Shown here in pieces: positions 14,190-26,289 of a stretch of 64,000 nucleotides of DNA. Every line of letters begins with the position of its first letter. Position 1 is the first letter of the stretch. Made by a program: the position numbers and the translations under genes. The notes under the pieces were generated by a model. It ran no database searches. It had not been told where the DNA came from and was given only the letters and a program-made list of their open reading frames with translations. The stretch comes from Eukaryota sp. TZLM1-RC (Eukaryota; Protista; Metamonada: BaSk clade): the NCBI GenBank assembly GCA_040285825.1, contig JAUPSS010000002.1:1674001-1738000 (forward strand), read 5' to 3'.

Positions 14190-14564
14190 TCACACATGTG
14201 GAGAATGAGCATAAATGGTGGGATATTCAATCACTCGTAGTGACTCAAGCATTGAATTAAACTCAATAGTTGGATTAAGATCAATATAAACCTTGTTTTG
14301 GTTTTGTGTTTCATCTAAAATCACAAACTTAAGGAGTTCCAACCGTGCAACATGACTAGCACCTATTCTGATTCTCAGAGAGGTGTCAACCATGGCTGCT
14401 TCCAATGCCGACAAAAGAGATTTATTGGATGGAACCATGATGGTTGTTGAGATTGATCCTACAAACACAAGTTCCACCTTCCATAGGATAACTCCATTGT
14501 GAAACACTCTTTGAGTGAGAGCAAGTTCTACAGTCCCAACCATTTTACAAAGACCTTTGTACAC
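14190..14564 (-). CDS. Possible Bcd1/ZNHIT6-like C-terminal domain (start uncertain, may be a remnant)
   Basis: WKVELVF..SLRVIEYPTIY resembles the Bcd1 C-terminal motif; no in-frame ATG or HIT finger resolved. Confidence 0.35.
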   Translation of the reverse strand: MYKGLCKMVGTVELALTQRVFHNGVILWKVELVFVGSISTTIMVPSNKSLLSALEAAMVDTSLRIRIGASHVARLELLKFVILDETQNQNKVYIDLNPTIEFNSMLESLRVIEYPTIYAHSPHV

Positions 14565-15219
14565 ACTGAAGACAATTCAATTGGTCCAGAAATTGAACCT
14601 AAATGAAGGGCCATTTTTAATGATGAAATCATTAACTTCAACCAACAACAAGGTTACCTCAGGTATTAATGGTCTTTTTAAGCAAATTGCAAGATCATTA
14701 AATTTCACAGTTTTCTTCGTTTAGTTGAACCTGCCAAATATGACATTGAAGAAGGTTTAGGTAAAAGAAAGAGATTTATGTACGAATACAAATTTTTAAA
14801 CAAATAGACCCACTACAGTAGTTGAAATAGGGGTTTGGGAAAACGTTTTCGAACAGAACAGTGTTGCCACGTGTAAATTAACAAAGAGGAGTTTGACTGA
14901 ATGTTCAGAGGGGTTGCGAACGATCGGAATTCTAACATTAACAAAAACCTTCGGACAACCGTAGATTGTCGTGAAAGAATTGAATTGTGCAAAACTTATG
15001 TCAGCACTATAATTGATTTGAAAATGGATTTAAATGTTACACTTACTTACTATTTTGAAGATATTAAGAACTACAAAAAAGTGAACATAGTGCCGTTGTA
15101 ATATCTAATGTTATTGACTTGAAAGAACAATGTCAAAGAATTGACAATAATACCTGGATTTACAACGCTAGGATTAACAACTTCAGACAAAAAAGATAAT
15201 GATGAACAATAAACAAATG

Positions 15220-15549
15220 TTATGAAGACTGTCGATATGACTGCAACCTCCTTATTGCAGTCTCTATATCAGCATTGGAGGATATACAACTATGATAAAA
15301 TGATATAATATCATCTATTGAGTTCTGTCGAAAAACTTCTTTTGGAGGTTCCAGTGGTTTAGAGCGTTCCATTGGTATATGTTCTGTAACAGAGGACCGC
15401 CGTGCTGGTTTATGATGAAAGGATCTACGTTCTTCTGCAGCTTTAAGCATACTACTCAGTAATGCTGCATTTGATGATGGTTCAATCGTATCCTCAATGG
15501 ACTCTGTTTCGAGTAGATCATCTTGAGTGAATTGAGAATTGTTGGCCAT
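15220..15549 (-). CDS. Hypothetical protein (109 aa)
   Basis: Intact ATG-TAA ORF with coding-like composition. Confidence 0.55.
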   Translation of the reverse strand: MANNSQFTQDDLLETESIEDTIEPSSNAALLSSMLKAAEERRSFHHKPARRSSVTEHIPMERSKPLEPPKEVFRQNSIDDIISFYHSCISSNADIETAIRRLQSYRQSS

Positions 15550-15579
15550 TGTAATTGAATTGAATGATAGTTTTTTGTT

Positions 15580-15958
15580 TCAATTTTGATCTATTTCAAT
15601 AAAAAGCTATACGATGAATGATAATAGTGATGACATTTTATCTGGATTAGAAAAAACCTTTATTGTAGGGGATGTGATGTCTGTTGACCCTCGTCATGTC
15701 TCTAATGAAAAGTTAGCTAATTCTGAAGTTCATAAGCTTGCAAATGCTGACAGCTTCAAAATCAAAAAATATGATGAACCTTTATGCAAATTGCTCAGCC
15801 CACAGCATGCAAAATACAAAATAAATATTATTGTATCCATCTGGATTTTCTCTATTGGTTCAATTGCTCCTAGAAATTTACGTTTTCTGGCAAATTTTGA
15901 ACTGATTGTTAAACAAAAGACCAATAGAAATTTGAACAAATTCATTTGGCAAAATTGA
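15580..15958 (+). mobile_element. Family F RLE fragment
   Basis: VMSVDP..SNEKL..FKIKKY matches the 1442-2674 protein. Confidence 0.75.
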
Positions 15959-15988
15959 ATTTGGAAATACCTTCAATCCTTTTTAACC

Positions 15989-18019
15989 ATGAAACCAAGC
16001 CTATCCCAGCTTGAAGAGGCTACTCATCTTTTATCAGCTGTTCTTGACACTACCGAGCGACGTAGATATTTAAACCCCATCGATATTGATCTTTCTGATT
16101 CTTCAGATGATGAAGACCTTTCTCATGTTCCACAATCTCCTATATTTCGCCGGAAACCCACAACTACCAACAATGACTATTTAAATCCCACAACTTCTGT
16201 TACATCTGTACTCTCTAGGTCTACCATCAATTCACCTTCTTTTGGTTCCCCTGCTCCATCTCGTCTTTCTCTCCAGGATTTTGAGGACCAGATGCAACGT
16301 AAATCACACACCATAAACGACGTCACTGCTGCTATTCGTTCCCGACTTCGCTCTTTCCGAATAGACTCTGCTGAAAAATCAAAGCAATTGTTGGAATCAG
16401 AGGCTGAGCAGATTGTCCATAAGTTCCGCCAAAACCAAGCAGAAACCGCCAAACAAATTGCCCACCAACAAACACTGAAGAAGGCAGCTGTCAGTACTTG
16501 GACACCTGTTGTTGAGGAATTTTCAAAGAAGAGAAACTTAATAGAAACTCCCTTGGGTCAACAATGCAGGAAGAAGGGAGAGGTTTGGTTGAACCACAAC
16601 CGCAATGAAGGGGGAATTGTTCTGGCTAGATATTTGTTTAAGCAGTATTGGAAGAACCATGGTCCAAGGCTGCTGGACCAGTTGATTTATTTGGAGAGTT
16701 CAAAATGCTTATTTTGCTTGAGATCACTTTGTCTTTTATTTGATTTGAAAAGTTATTTAAAAAAAGAAATTGGTGAATTACCACCTGGAGTTTGTTGTGT
16801 GGTAGATGGAGATGATTTGATTGAGTTATCACCTTATGAAAGATCGACTGTGGTTCTTGATTGGTTTAAGAAGATATTACTTGAAGTCATTGAGTACAAT
16901 AGTGAATTAATCAATGATGCGGTAGAAGAACGAAGAAGGGAACTCGATACAGAAATTAGTTTATTTGAGTTGCATGATGATTATTCTTTTAATCTGATGG
17001 AGTTTTTGGAATCTACAAGGGTTGCTGCATCAACAAAAATGGAGCAATTTGACTTGATGATGAGAGACTATGAAGAACTTCAAGCAATATCAAGCAAGAA
17101 AGAGCATGATTTGATGTTTGAAGAGGACAAACGAAGGGTCAAATACTATCAAAGTCAAGAAGAGTCTCAAAGAAATGAACTGGCTTCTATGAAATCTGCT
17201 GCTCTCCACGCCAGAAACTACTTAATCGCACAACATGAGGCCCAGGCAAGAGAGCTTCGGTTAATGAAGGAAGAAGAGCGAAATAGGTGCAGGGTAGTTA
17301 GGAAACGGAAGCTCAAACTTCGGCAGCTTCAGTTGGCTCGACTCCAGGAACTTTCTGCTTTGAAGGAGGCCAAGGAAAATAAGGAAAGGAACCGGGAACG
17401 AAGCAGTAGTGTTGTGTCAACCATCAGTAGTGATGAAGAACAAGTATCAAAGCCTCTGAGTCAGGAGAAACAAGCAATTGCTGAAAAATTCAAAGCAAGA
17501 GCCCAGACAATGGCAATAAAAAAGTCAATTCAGCAAGAAGAAGAAAAAAAGAAAAAAGATTATGAATCAAAGTTGAGGAACCAAGTTCTTCTAGAAGGTG
17601 CCACTCTTACCAAGTATTCCAGTAGAGGTAATCCTAGCTCAAGGTTTTTTTGGTTTGATGAAGACTTTTACAGTCTTAATTGGAGGTCTACCAAGGCTAA
17701 AAATGATTCTTCGTCTAATAGTATAGTGTTTTCTGATATTTCTGCACTCAAAAGGGGATGTGACAGTGAAGTTTTTTCAATGCAGGATAGTTCTAGATTA
17801 CGACCTAATTGTTGTTTTACGCTTGTTGCTTCTGATAGGTCCTTGGACTTAGAAGCACAAGATCCGATTCAAGCTGAAGATTGGTGCACGGCTATCCAGA
17901 GTCTTATCAGTCAACGAACGTTGTCTAGGAATCGACAGAGGTCAGCTACTGTTACTCAAGGGAGCATAGGAAGAATTGGGTCTTTGCGACATAGTCAGTC
18001 TGTCAGTAGCCTGCATTAG
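15989..18019 (+). CDS. Coiled-coil protein with C-terminal PLC-type PH domain
   Basis: GATLTKY..RFFW..LNW..CCFTLVASDRSLDLEA..AEDW; long E/K/R-rich coils. Confidence 0.8.
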   Translation: MKPSLSQLEEATHLLSAVLDTTERRRYLNPIDIDLSDSSDDEDLSHVPQSPIFRRKPTTTNNDYLNPTTSVTSVLSRSTINSPSFGSPAPSRLSLQDFEDQMQRKSHTINDVTAAIRSRLRSFRIDSAEKSKQLLESEAEQIVHKFRQNQAETAKQIAHQQTLKKAAVSTWTPVVEEFSKKRNLIETPLGQQCRKKGEVWLNHNRNEGGIVLARYLFKQYWKNHGPRLLDQLIYLESSKCLFCLRSLCLLFDLKSYLKKEIGELPPGVCCVVDGDDLIELSPYERSTVVLDWFKKILLEVIEYNSELINDAVEERRRELDTEISLFELHDDYSFNLMEFLESTRVAASTKMEQFDLMMRDYEELQAISSKKEHDLMFEEDKRRVKYYQSQEESQRNELASMKSAALHARNYLIAQHEAQARELRLMKEEERNRCRVVRKRKLKLRQLQLARLQELSALKEAKENKERNRERSSSVVSTISSDEEQVSKPLSQEKQAIAEKFKARAQTMAIKKSIQQEEEKKKKDYESKLRNQVLLEGATLTKYSSRGNPSSRFFWFDEDFYSLNWRSTKAKNDSSSNSIVFSDISALKRGCDSEVFSMQDSSRLRPNCCFTLVASDRSLDLEAQDPIQAEDWCTAIQSLISQRTLSRNRQRSATVTQGSIGRIGSLRHSQSVSSLH

Positions 18020-18734
18020 TGTATTATAAATTTAATAATCAATATTGTTTATTATTATCCACCAAAATTACTACAAAGTTGTTAACAATTAGCTTGTTAA
18101 ACACCGATGTATGCAAACTCCAAAATAGAGATGCACATATTGGGCTCAATAAGTCGTAAACTAAACCCAAAACAGTTCATGAAAGTTTTATTTGAAAAAT
18201 ACCATCACTTTTGCCTAAGCAGTGAACATTGCCAAAGTTGGTTCACAAAATGTTTCAAACTTTTTTAATTTTCGTAAATAAAATTCAGTTTTAATTTTCA
18301 AAAATATAGACTATGTCTGAAAGTGAGTTTCTTCTCCTGGCGGTAAACATAAAATGTTACAATATTTGGGGTTTAATCCAAAGATTGATGGTACTGTGTC
18401 TTACCTATTGCCATAAATTCCACATTACGGGCCAAACATGTTGAACCTAGATCGTAGACTGAATTTGTTTATTGGAATGGTGTGCAGTAGATCAACCATA
18501 GAAATGATCGAGGCAAATATTTGATTGGTGTAGAAATCAAGCAAAAAAGAAACGTCAATCAACATAACAAACGAACAATAATAAATCAGTTTAGTAATCT
18601 GTATCATCTTTATGCTATTTGTAATTCATTTCTCTGCATATGAGTACTGTGATTAACTAACAACGGTTACTTAAATTGAACAATTAAAATAAAAATAAAC
18701 CTATTAAAAATAATATTTTCTAACTGAAAACTGT

Positions 18735-20534
18735 TTATTTCCTAAATTCAACCCTACATTGAAAAGCTTCAATTTTTAACACCTCAAACTTTCGTTCAGG
18801 AACCAATTCACCAGGATTCCCTTGGTATGCAACAGCTCCCAAATTCTCAACCCCCTTGCCCCGATCTGCAAGCTCAAGGTCATGACAACCCGTCAGTCTT
18901 CTTGTAAGACAAAAACCCCCAGAAATACCTGTACGTTTAACAGGGAAAATAACAGAAGAAGAGGATGATAATCTAAACAAAAAGGTGCTGCTGCTACAGG
19001 TGTTAACACAACCAAAACCTTTGGGTAAATACCCACCAAAAGTGGTTCCAGCCAATGTTTCAATTAGTAATAACAGGTGTGGAATTCCGACAAGATCTTC
19101 TACATCAAGACAGACACCAGGACCGGACAAGATAGATCTTACAGGGGAAGATATTTGAACTTTTTGACCAAATGAAATTAATTTAGGACCAAAGCAACTT
19201 TGTTGGACCAATTGGTTAAAGTATAAATTTACTGCAGGAGACTTTGTGGTTTTCAATTTTAATTCCAATTCTTTGATTTTGTTATTTGCTAGAGACAGCT
19301 CTGACTCAAGTTTACTCTTTTGCTCTTTAACTTGAGTGTTCTGAGTTACCCTGCTGTCCAATTTGTCCAATAAAGCTGCAATTTGTGCATTTTTGGCATC
19401 GAGTTCACTTTGTAATTGAGATATCGTTGAGTTTGGCTCTTCAATTTGAACATCAGATAAACCTGATTCACAATGTTGCATGGAAGAATCAACATTAGAT
19501 AGCTCAAATTCCAGCTTCTCTATTTTGGTTTCTAAATTCGAAATCTGTATTCGTTGTTTTTTGACAAGCTCTTCTTTTTCATTTTCAGAAACATCTGATG
19601 ATAAATATCCTTGAAGATTCTCAAGAACTGAAAGAATACGACCTAATGAAGGTCTACGTTGAGGGTCTGGATGGCAACAGTCAATAATGATGGACTCAAG
19701 GGATTGAGGGGTGTCTTGGGGAAAAGAAAACTCTGGATTATTCATTTTAGCTTTAATTAAAGCTAATTGATTTAGTTTTTTGAATGCTATTTCTCCACAT
19801 AACATTTCAAATAATATTACCCCTAGACTATAAACATCGGATTCAGGACAAACTTTTTCGTCAAACACTTCAATTCCAGCATACTTGGGAGTAAACCTCA
19901 AAGTATTGGTGTCATTGTTGCTTAACAATTTGGCTGTTCCAAAATCACATAATTTAATCTCTGAATTTACTAACAAAATGTTTTGGGGTTTCAGATCACC
20001 GTGAATTGTTTGTCGAGAATGCAGAAAGATAAGTCCATGTACAACATCTATAGCATTACGAAGAGTTTGATATGACAATATGGAAGGAACTTTGACAGTG
20101 CCACTTCCCTTCTCCATAACGATGGACAACCGATCACCTTCAAGATATGTAAGTCCAAAAACACGGAGTATAGATGGATGATTTAAGTTGATCAATGTCT
20201 TGAGTTCCTGTTTGAGTTTTCTAGACTCTTTGTCATTGGATAACCTTATTGCTTTGAGGGCAACCTCCTTTCCATACCAATGTGCTTCGTATACAGTCGC
20301 AGATCCTCCTTCACCAATTATTTTTCCGATTTGGATTTCACTGTTAGGGATATCATTTAAGTGATCGCTGTCCCAACGGAGTTCATTTCGACAAAGTGGA
20401 CAGGAGAAATTTTGTGCAAAGCATGTATGACAAAGAAAATGCGCATTTGAGCAATTCAGAACCGGTTTTACGGAAGATTGAGGGTTGTCGCAGGAAACGC
20501 ATATCATGCTAGGATCTTTGTTGAGAGAAAACAT
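18735..20534 (-). CDS. RING finger + TKL-like protein kinase + coiled coil + TLDc-like domain
   Basis: C3HC4 pattern at the N-terminus; GEGGSATV, VALK, HGDLKPQN, DFG; C-terminal LLLIET..FGGY..TFLFRL. Confidence 0.85.
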   Translation of the reverse strand: MFSLNKDPSMICVSCDNPQSSVKPVLNCSNAHFLCHTCFAQNFSCPLCRNELRWDSDHLNDIPNSEIQIGKIIGEGGSATVYEAHWYGKEVALKAIRLSNDKESRKLKQELKTLINLNHPSILRVFGLTYLEGDRLSIVMEKGSGTVKVPSILSYQTLRNAIDVVHGLIFLHSRQTIHGDLKPQNILLVNSEIKLCDFGTAKLLSNNDTNTLRFTPKYAGIEVFDEKVCPESDVYSLGVILFEMLCGEIAFKKLNQLALIKAKMNNPEFSFPQDTPQSLESIIIDCCHPDPQRRPSLGRILSVLENLQGYLSSDVSENEKEELVKKQRIQISNLETKIEKLEFELSNVDSSMQHCESGLSDVQIEEPNSTISQLQSELDAKNAQIAALLDKLDSRVTQNTQVKEQKSKLESELSLANNKIKELELKLKTTKSPAVNLYFNQLVQQSCFGPKLISFGQKVQISSPVRSILSGPGVCLDVEDLVGIPHLLLLIETLAGTTFGGYLPKGFGCVNTCSSSTFLFRLSSSSSVIFPVKRTGISGGFCLTRRLTGCHDLELADRGKGVENLGAVAYQGNPGELVPERKFEVLKIEAFQCRVEFRK

Positions 20535-20691
20535 TTGTGGAAAATTTTATTTTTCGATTATATTGTTCCAAACATATTGTAACTTGAAGAGCAGAATAAG
20601 TATTTTTATTGCTATAATCATCTTGGTTCAAAACCAGAATTTGATATAATCAATTTAGGGTTAGGGAAAGGGTCAGTCATCGCATATTGTT

Positions 20692-21223
20692 TTAGAAGAA
20701 ATATCCGAGAATCTTACCACCAGTGTGACGGCGACGAGCTTCTTCGTGATCCATGATACCGTATGAGGTAGTTAAGATGATTTTTCCAAAAAGACGAGAT
20801 GGGAGGAGACGATTGACGTAACTTTCGATTTCGTCAAACTTAACATCGAATCTGGGAGAGATAACGGCACACTTGTTCAGGCGACCAACAAGTTCAACAA
20901 CACATTTACCGGAGCGACGATCATCAACGATTTCAAACTCGCCAATATATCCTGTTGTAAGCAATGTCACAAAAAGCGAAGGTAAATCACACAAACAGAG
21001 GAGTGCCAAAAATATTGGTTTCCACTGTATAATATTGTGACAACAGAGATAAAAACATACCATGCTTCTGCATCTGGCGGAGGAATCTGATAATAACGGA
21101 AGAGACAGGACGGATCAAGACTTGGCGCTTACCCTTACGCTCAGCGTTGAGGATAGAGTTGAGAGCATCATTCAAAGTAGACATGCGAACCTGATGTTAA
21201 AACCTTGGAAGATTGCATACCAT
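20692..21223 (-). CDS. RPS15A: 40S ribosomal protein S15a (uS8); exons 21223-21221, 21190-21061, 20951-20692
   Basis: Splicing GT-AG introns 21191-21220 (30 nt) and 20952-21060 (109 nt) gives [36 protein letters not shown]. Confidence 0.97.
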
Positions 21224-21309
21224 GATGACTGAACTGGAGAAGAAGAAAAGGATAACTTTTAAATTTCACTCATTTCGATTGTGGTTTTCACTGGAGATCC
21301 ATTATCTGG

Positions 21310-21580
21310 AATGTCATTTTTTATAGGTTTTATGGTAATTGGTCTGACTTTATTTTCAATTCCTTTAATCTTGACTCTTTATCAGGAGTTAAACAAGGAG
21401 ACCCTTTAGGACCTACCTGTTTTTGTCTTGCAATTCATCCACTCTTGAAAAAACTTGAAGAAGAAAATTCTGACCTTCAAGTGGTAGCCTTATGGATGAC
21501 CTTTCTTGCATTGGTCCAGAAAAGACAATTCATAGAGTTGCTAATGAAGCTGCTACATTGTACCAATCCATATGTCTGAA
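21310..21580 (+). mobile_element. Decayed RT fragment (family unassigned)
   Basis: ggagttaaacaaggagaccctttaggacct encodes GVKQGDPLGP; frameshifted YMDD follows. Confidence 0.7.
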
Positions 21581-21679
21581 TATTTATTGAACATGCACAC
21601 TTAATTAAATTAATTCATAACTAATATGACGATCCATATGTCTTGAGTTGAATGTTCAAAAATGTTTTTGTATATTTAG

Positions 21680-23890
21680 AAAAAAGCTGCTGGTCCTTCA
21701 GGCATTTGCTTTGATTTGTTGAAAAATGCTCCAGAAATTTTTGAGGATCTTGCTGTTTATTTTCAAAATTAAATGTGTTTGAATTATGTTACTCCGCCTG
21801 AATTGACTGCTGCTTGTTTAGTTGCTTTAGTAAAACCTGTAAAAAGTAACAAACCTTATGGATTTAGACCAATTGCTATTGGAGAGTCTTTAACCAGATT
21901 GCTTCCTTCGCTTATTTTTAACAGATTTTCTACCAAGGCAAGGGACTATTTGAAGCCTTTTCAATTTGGTATAAAAACTATTGAAGGTGCTTCTGTTGCT
22001 TCAATGACTTCAGATATTTTTTTCAATAATAAGCAACATCAATATATTTTCAACTTGGATTTTAAAAATGCTTTTAATTCAGTGAGGCGTCACTGTATTT
22101 ATGATGTGCTTCTTCAAGAATTTCCTGAACTTTTAGCATATTTTTATTTATTTTATGGAAAACAGTCGGACTTAATTTTTGACACCTTTACCCTTGAATC
22201 TTCTTTTGGTGTCAAACAAAATGACCCTCTTGGCCCATTGCTTTTTTGTTTGGCTATCCATAATATTATTGAAATGACCCAAAAAGAATCCGTATTGTTT
22301 TTTATATGGATGATATTTAAATTATCGATTCTTATGAAAGCTTTTGTAGGGTTTCTGAAGGCATTGGCGCTAAATACAAAGAAATTGGATTAGCTTTGAA
22401 TCCATCTAAATGTCTCATGATTGGAAGAACAAAACAATCTTTATTGATTGATAGTGCTCAGATTCCCTTTATTAATTATGTTCAACAAGCGTCAAAGTTT
22501 GTTGGATGTTGGTTAGGTAATTTGGATGAAATTTATTCCTAGTTGAACAATTTATTCGAATGTTTCAGTGTTTCAGCTGAATGTGATACTGAAACACACA
22601 TCAAATTTTTTAATTTAAAAATTTCTTATTCTGGAAAATACACTTTTTTAAGGTCAACTTTCCCCTTCAGTATCTCTTGATTTTTGTAGATCTTTCAACA
22701 AACTTCGGGTCAATTTTGTTTTCTTTATTGGAAGTAAATAAATCTTTAATTCGAAGTCATGTATTTTATTTTGCTGAATTAAGTGATATTGGTTTCACTA
22801 AATCTTCGATTATATGTGAAGGAGCATTTTTAGGAGGTGCAAAAATTTTATGTTTGAATTTCACCAATCGGGAATCAAAATTTCAGCAAAATCAACTTCA
22901 AATTGAATTAGATAATTTGCCTAGTGATATCTGGATTCAGTGTTTTCCTCAAAATGTTCAAAAAATTCCCAACCGATCACTTCCAAATTTACGTTTTTAC
23001 CTAAAAACCCCTAAAACCCCTAAAAACCCCTAACCCTAACCCTAAAAAAAGCTTCAGCACCGTCTGGTGAAATTATATGAATGCTTGGATTATGAAGTAA
23101 GACTTGGCTTGGCCAAAACTGAAAATCCCGCTTTCGGAATTTTTTTAAAGGACACTCGTGATAGTTCTGCTGCTGCTTTTGTAACTCAAATACCCACTGT
23201 TTATGGACTTTTGTTAAAAAACAATGAATGGCTTTTAACATGCGTTTTCGTTGTTTTTTATGGCCAAACAATCTGCCCGATCATTTAACATGTAAATGTG
23301 GTAAACCTCATTTGTTTACTCATATTTTGAACTGTAAACATTTCATTACATTAGTAGTAAAGTGCATAATAATGTCAGGGACCAAATTTATGTAATGTGT
23401 AAATCATATAGAGTAGATTCCTTTTTATAGCCATTGTTTTACTGTTTGAGACGCCATGTCTATCGAACCTTGTAATTCTTCTAACGAACATCTCATTAAC
23501 TCGGATGTAAATAATCCTCTTCTTGCAGGCGAAAAATATAAAATTGTTAAATATGCGAAACCCATTTCCTTAGTTAATGAAAATTCTCATGCCCAATATA
23601 ATTTATGTCCCTTTGTTTTTTCATTCTTGGATCTCTAGGTAAGGCTGCTATGGCTTTTCTTGAAGATTTTGTAGTAGTTGTAAAGGAAAGAACTGGAAGA
23701 ATTTTCAATCGTGTTTACTGGTAAAATAGGATTGTATTTTTTATTTTTAAGGGAATGGTAAAACTAATTTCTGATTCACTCTCTTCGTTTAGAAAATTTT
23801 CTGAATCTTTAGCAATTAATTGTTTTGATGTAGGGGAGGCAGGTTTTGAGGATGTGGAGTTTGAGTTGTGTATTTTATGTTTTCATATTT
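21680..23890 (+). mobile_element. Family D non-LTR retrotransposon, decayed (RT to RLE)
   Basis: FRPIAIGE, QFG, LDFKNAFNS, GVKQNDPLGPLLF; 3' half similar to 34120-35523. Confidence 0.9.
23000..23045 (-). repeat. Interstitial telomere-like tract (TTAGGG and T4-5AG4 variants)
   Basis: cctaaaaacccctaaaacccctaaaaacccctaaccctaaccctaa; absent from the sister D copy at ~34590. Confidence 0.8.
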
Positions 23891-24166
23891 CTTGTAAAAT
23901 GAATTGAATTAAACTAATGTAAAAATAAGAGATAAAGCTTTTTGAAATGTCTTGAATGGCTATAGGGAATTTATGTATGCTTTACATTATATTGTGCTAT
24001 CTTATTTAAATAAAACTTCGTATTACAGTTCTTAATAAACTTTGTAAAACCCCGCAAAGTTCGCATTTTATACTAAATTAATTCTTAGTTTTTAATATCA
24101 TTTACTCCTTCACAATTGTGAAACCTTTAAGTCACCTAAACTTAAATCAACTACTGATACTATATG

Positions 24167-25430
24167 TATTTATTGAATTTGCACACTTAATTAAATTAAC
24201 TCATAACTAATGGGACGACTATCATTGAACCAAGATTTCCTCTACAAAATCTTGATCTGCTTGCTGTCTAGCTAAAGCTTCTCTAATTCGATTGAAAAAC
24301 CGAGGTAATCTATTAATAATGGCAAATTGAATCCGTGAACGCCATAAAAAAATATCAAATCTTTTCATTGTTTTTACTTGCACCATTTTTTGGAAGTCAT
24401 CCAAAAAAGTTTCTGATAATCTTCCATTTATCGAAAATGGGAAAGCAATAAAAACCAGCTGTGTATTTCTATCGACATTAGCCTCTTCAATATCTTTATC
24501 ATATTTTCTATGTTTCTCTTTTGCTTTAAAATACAGAGAAGCCACAGGATTAAGTTTTCTTCTGTGACCCAAAGTATCATTTGCAACATTACATGAGACA
24601 AAGTCAACAATAGCTTCAGAATTATCAATCCAATCACAGTATACATCACCTCTATCATCAGAACCAAAACTATTCAGAGAAAGTGTTTCCTTCAGGAGGG
24701 GCTCTTTGATACACGATATCCTTGCAGTTTGTGCCATATTGAAAACAGTGTCTCTAACAGCATCATGTAATGAAGAACGATAATTTATCAATTTAGAGCA
24801 ATTCAGAGCATGGTGCAAAGTGAGTTGAGGTGAATTCGAACAAATACATTTTTCTTTTGATAATAATTGATTAATGGGGATGTTCAAATATAATCTCATT
24901 TTTGTTACAAATGCTTCATTAGTGGCACACAATCCAAATCTTCGTGGTACAATGGTTACAAAAAGTGAAGAATCTGACGACTTGTTTTCACAAACACCCT
25001 TTTCCAATAACAATGAGTGAAGATCTTGATTTAAAACAGCCGAGCTGCATATATTATTATAAAGATCTTTTTCATACATTCCAGTCAATCGTTTCTGTAA
25101 TGTTCGAAGAGTGTACTTCAAATTTAAAACATTGTTTTCTGGAATATTGCCATTGAATGATTGGGGAAAACATCGACCCCATTTTTCTACATCAATTTTT
25201 GAAATTTCTTCATTTAATGCAAAAACAGTGCAACTTTGCGTTGTCATCAATAAATCTTCCCAATCTGCAAATCTTTCGGAAAACTCAAAGATTGCATTTC
25301 TGCATCCACCAATAAAAGCACACGAGGTAAGAATAGAAGCCTTCGTCCACCCTAAACCGCCATAATGTGGACTAAGGTAAGCATGATCTGGAATTTGGAA
25401 CATTTTACATCCCAGTAATTGAGACAGAAT
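24167..25430 (-). mobile_element. Family A 3' fragment (open frame)
   Basis: LSPHYGGLG to DFVEEILVQ, highly similar to 55120-56391. Confidence 0.92.
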
Positions 25431-26289
25431 TGATACTACCAAACGTAAAACAGATTCTAGAGGTAGAGCTTCTGCAGTTACTCCAAAGACCAAGAAAACC
25501 TCGAGTGACCTTAGAGCCAACTGAGATTATTCCATTTGTCTATTAATGAGTCTTTTCCACTGACTGATCCGCATATGGATGAATCATTGAAAATGTTTCA
25601 TTCGATAGATTAGTCAATTTGAGGTGTATTGACATTGAGACAAATCCTGAAATCCAGTACAAACACAAAGTCGAATATTTGAAATTTTTGGTCACTTTTC
25701 AGCATCAAAAAGACAATTCTCAAACAAGATTAGTTAAAAAGACAATTCAATCATTGTCAATTCAATTACTAATTCTAAAAGATCCGAATTTATTTTTTTT
25801 ATTAATTTTTTGGATGCAACAATTGATTCTTTAGAACAAAAATTAACAAAATTAGGCCAAATTAAGGAAATTAAGAATCAAAAGACAAAGATTTTCTCAA
25901 AGCCATCCGACGTCTCTCCTAAAACAGATGCTATCACACTTATTTCTGTGGTCATTGCAGAATTTGACTCAAATGTTTCGCAATCAATTAACAAACTGAA
26001 ACATATTTTTGTGAATTCCACTCATTATAGTCTGTTTTCTTCCGTGTCTGATATTTGTTCAGATACTTTTGTTTATATATTTCCCAATGAACTTTCAATG
26101 ATCTATAATTTTGATAATTGCCTGAATAATTATCAACCAGACTATTTGGCTGGAAATAACAGCAAACAGTTTGATTTGCCGTCTTTGAAAAGTGGTTTTA
26201 TCATTTATGGCAAGAATTTATTCAAAAGAGAATATTTATCTGAACCATTAAATGATAATCTGAATCCATTCATTGAAGATTTGTTTTTT

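Noticed and set aside
16177-16832. Short ORFs antisense to or overlapping long genes (also within CPSF2, BRAP, DNAJC3, vanin, PLB)
   Set aside because: Shadow frames of well-supported genes.
20654-20666. tttagggttaggg after RPS15A as a telomeric tract
   Set aside because: Only two units; plausible by chance.
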